Positions 18,454-20,612 of a stretch of DNA of 20,612 nt are shown here, one piece after another; positions within the stretch are counted from its first letter, which is position 1, and each line of letters opens with the position of its first letter. The notes under the pieces were generated by a model. That model worked only from the letters and a program-made list of their open reading frames with translations. It made no database searches and was not told the DNA's origin. Source of the stretch: Promethearchaeota archaeon (lineage in GTDB: Archaea > Asgardarchaeota > Lokiarchaeia > Sigyniarchaeales > SOKP01); assembly GCA_019057865.1 (NCBI GenBank), contig JAHLWP010000053.1, positions 1 through 20,612 on the forward strand. The letters are read 5' to 3'. Position numbers and translations under genes: made by a program.

Positions 18454-19906
18454 AAGTTCTATTATTGTAGATAAAGTATGGAACTATTGCAATGTTTTAA
18501 GAGATGATGGAGTAAGTTATGGAGATTATGTTGAACAATTAACGTATCTAATATTTCTTAAAATGGCTGATGAACAAGCAAAACCTCCATTTAACAAATC
18601 TTCAATTATACCCCATGAATTAGATTGGCAAAGTCTACTTGAAAAAGATGGAGATGCATTAGAAATCCATTATCGGTACATTCTTGTGGAACTGGGCAAG
18701 CAAAAAGAACTACTTGGAATAATTTTTCGGAAAGCCCAAAATAGAATTCAAGATCCGGCTAAACTAAAACGTCTAATTATGCTAATAAATGAAGAGACTT
18801 GGATCGGATTGGATATTGATGTGAAAGGAGATATTTATGAAGGACTTTTACAGAAAAACGCAGAAGATATTAAAAGTGGAGCGGGACAATACTTTACTCC
18901 AAGATCTCTCATAAAAACTATGGTAGAAGTAATGCAGCCGAAACCTGGAATGAAGATATATGATCCAGCAAGTGGTACAGGAGGATTTCTATTAGCGGCC
19001 CACGATTATATTTCTAAAAAATATAACTTAGATAAAGAACAAAAACAAAATCTCAAATTTAATACATTTTTTGGTAAAGATATCGTTGATGGTGTTGCTA
19101 GACTTTGTGTTATGAATCTTTATCTCCATGGGATTGGTGGGGAAGCAAGTCCTATAGAAGTTGGTGATTCCCTTAGGGCTGATCCTGGAGATCGTTTTGA
19201 GTTGGTTTTAACTAACCCTCCATTTGGCAAAAAAAGTAGTATTACAATAATAAATAGTGAAGGAAAAGCAGCAACAGAAAAACTTGTATATGAACGTCCA
19301 GATTTTTGGGCAACTACCTCTAATAAACAATTAAATTTTCTTCAACACATTAAAACTGTAACAAAGATTAATGGAAAGGTAGCGATTGTAGTTCCTGATA
19401 ATGTTTTATTTGAGGCTGGTGCTGGAGAAACTGTGAGAAGGAAATTACTCCATGAATGTGATGTTCATACACTTTTAAGACTCCCAACGGGTATTTTTTA
19501 TGCATCAGGAGTAAAAGCTAATGTACTATTTTTTGATAGAAAAGGTGCAAGTGAAAAACCTTGGACAGAAAGACTGTGGATATATGATCTTCGGACAAAT
19601 AAACATTTTACTTTAAAGCAAAATCCTATGCAATTTGAGGACCTTCAAGATTTTATTAAGTGTTATAATCCTGAAAATCGTAGAGAAAGAAAAGAAACTG
19701 AGAGATTTAAAGATTTTACATATGAAGAAATTAGACAACGTGATAACTTCAATTTAGATATCTTTTGGCTTAAGGATGAGAGTCTTGAAGATTTTGAAAA
19801 TTTACCTGACCCAATAGTGCTCGCGAGAGAGATAATGGAAGATTTAGAGACAGCTTTAGATCAATTTAGTGATTTATATGAAGATTTAGAAGAAAAAGAA
19901 TTATAA
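18437..19906 (+). CDS. hsdM: Type I R-M N6-adenine methyltransferase subunit (probable start ATG 18443)
   Basis: GQYFTPR, SAM-binding DPASGTGGF, catalytic NPPF; overlaps the hsdS stop. Confidence 0.96.
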   Translation: MNMSNKSSIIVDKVWNYCNVLRDDGVSYGDYVEQLTYLIFLKMADEQAKPPFNKSSIIPHELDWQSLLEKDGDALEIHYRYILVELGKQKELLGIIFRKAQNRIQDPAKLKRLIMLINEETWIGLDIDVKGDIYEGLLQKNAEDIKSGAGQYFTPRSLIKTMVEVMQPKPGMKIYDPASGTGGFLLAAHDYISKKYNLDKEQKQNLKFNTFFGKDIVDGVARLCVMNLYLHGIGGEASPIEVGDSLRADPGDRFELVLTNPPFGKKSSITIINSEGKAATEKLVYERPDFWATTSNKQLNFLQHIKTVTKINGKVAIVVPDNVLFEAGAGETVRRKLLHECDVHTLLRLPTGIFYASGVKANVLFFDRKGASEKPWTERLWIYDLRTNKHFTLKQNPMQFEDLQDFIKCYNPENRRERKETERFKDFTYEEIRQRDNFNLDIFWLKDESLEDFENLPDPIVLAREIMEDLETALDQFSDLYEDLEEKEL

Positions 19907-19934
19907 TATTAATACAAATTCTAAATCTATTATT

Positions 19935-20537
19935 CTATTCATTTTTCTTAAATTTATTGGCTACATGCTGCATTTCATAAATAATTCTTAATAGCTCCAT
20001 GGTAAACATTAAAGTGGCTTTAGTTCGATTCTCATCCGGAGGAATCAATTCATGAGTTGATTGGTTTCCAATTTCTCTTATCAGATCCGCCCATTCTTTA
20101 ATAATTGGAGTTATGTAACCCTGTTCTTCAAGATAATCTAAATAACTAATAAAGGATTGACCTTCTTCAGCACCTTTATCTACACCGACGTGCATTAAAA
20201 TTTTACGGCATACTAGTTCACATGCGGTAAAAGCATTTATTGAAAAACAACATCGTGCTTCTTGATATGCAGCTTCAATTTCCTCTGGAAGACCTTCTAA
20301 TTTTTCCCCTGGTTTAGTACCAGGGATAATCTTGCCTTCAAACCATATAGATCCTTTTATACAAGAAGGACATATCATAAATTTTATAATTGGGTCATCT
20401 AATTTATTTTGAGCTCTAGAATATATATTTACAACTCTACCTGAAACATATCGATCACAATGGCCACACTTATAATCAAGTCTAGAGACTATACTAGTTC
20501 CACCGATACTATTAATCAAATTCTCGTCAATTGGCAT
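19935..20537 (-). CDS. Zn-ribbon + DUF4145 (HEPN) protein
   Basis: CGHC...CPSC N-terminus; YQEARCC...ACELVCRKIL and IREIGNQSTH (R-x2-GN-x3-H), typical of DUF4145. Confidence 0.85.
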   Translation of the reverse strand: MPIDENLINSIGGTSIVSRLDYKCGHCDRYVSGRVVNIYSRAQNKLDDPIIKFMICPSCIKGSIWFEGKIIPGTKPGEKLEGLPEEIEAAYQEARCCFSINAFTACELVCRKILMHVGVDKGAEEGQSFISYLDYLEEQGYITPIIKEWADLIREIGNQSTHELIPPDENRTKATLMFTMELLRIIYEMQHVANKFKKNE

Positions 20538-20612
20538 AGGAATTATTATATAAGTTAATTATATAAAATTAATATGGTATATAATTAAAAATTCAAATAA
20601 AAACATAAAGTT

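Noticed and set aside
1-20612. tRNA/rRNA genes, integrase or transposase
   Set aside because: None recognisable by eye, so the mobility of the island cannot be shown from this window.

Overview
AT-rich archaeal DNA, most likely Asgard (Lokiarchaeia-type), inferred from a Loki-CTERM-like anchored surface protein, a Roadblock/LC7 gene and a TFB-like gene. About the first 2.8 kb looks chromosomal. The rest is an accessory/defence island: a divergent TFB paralog, HEPN-like and SIR2-like gene remnants, an ABC-ATPase + TOPRIM-like pair, a ribbon-helix-helix protein, a DEDDh exonuclease, a 1202-aa nuclease-NACHT-helical-repeat (NLR/Avs-like) protein, a complete type I R-M system (hsdR-hsdS-hsdM) and a DUF4145-like HEPN protein. 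The main finding is in the Roadblock/LC7 gene (2327-2814), which the ORF track shows only as a 69-aa fragment. It is interrupted by a 32-nt insert (2607-2638) with stops in all three frames that folds into a bulge-helix-bulge-like motif. Cutting at the canonical tRNA-splicing-endonuclease positions rejoins GGA-CCA-A|AA-GGT and restores a 151-aa protein. This is a candidate endonuclease-spliced mRNA intron in a eukaryotic-signature gene. All family calls come from reading motifs by eye; no searches were run.
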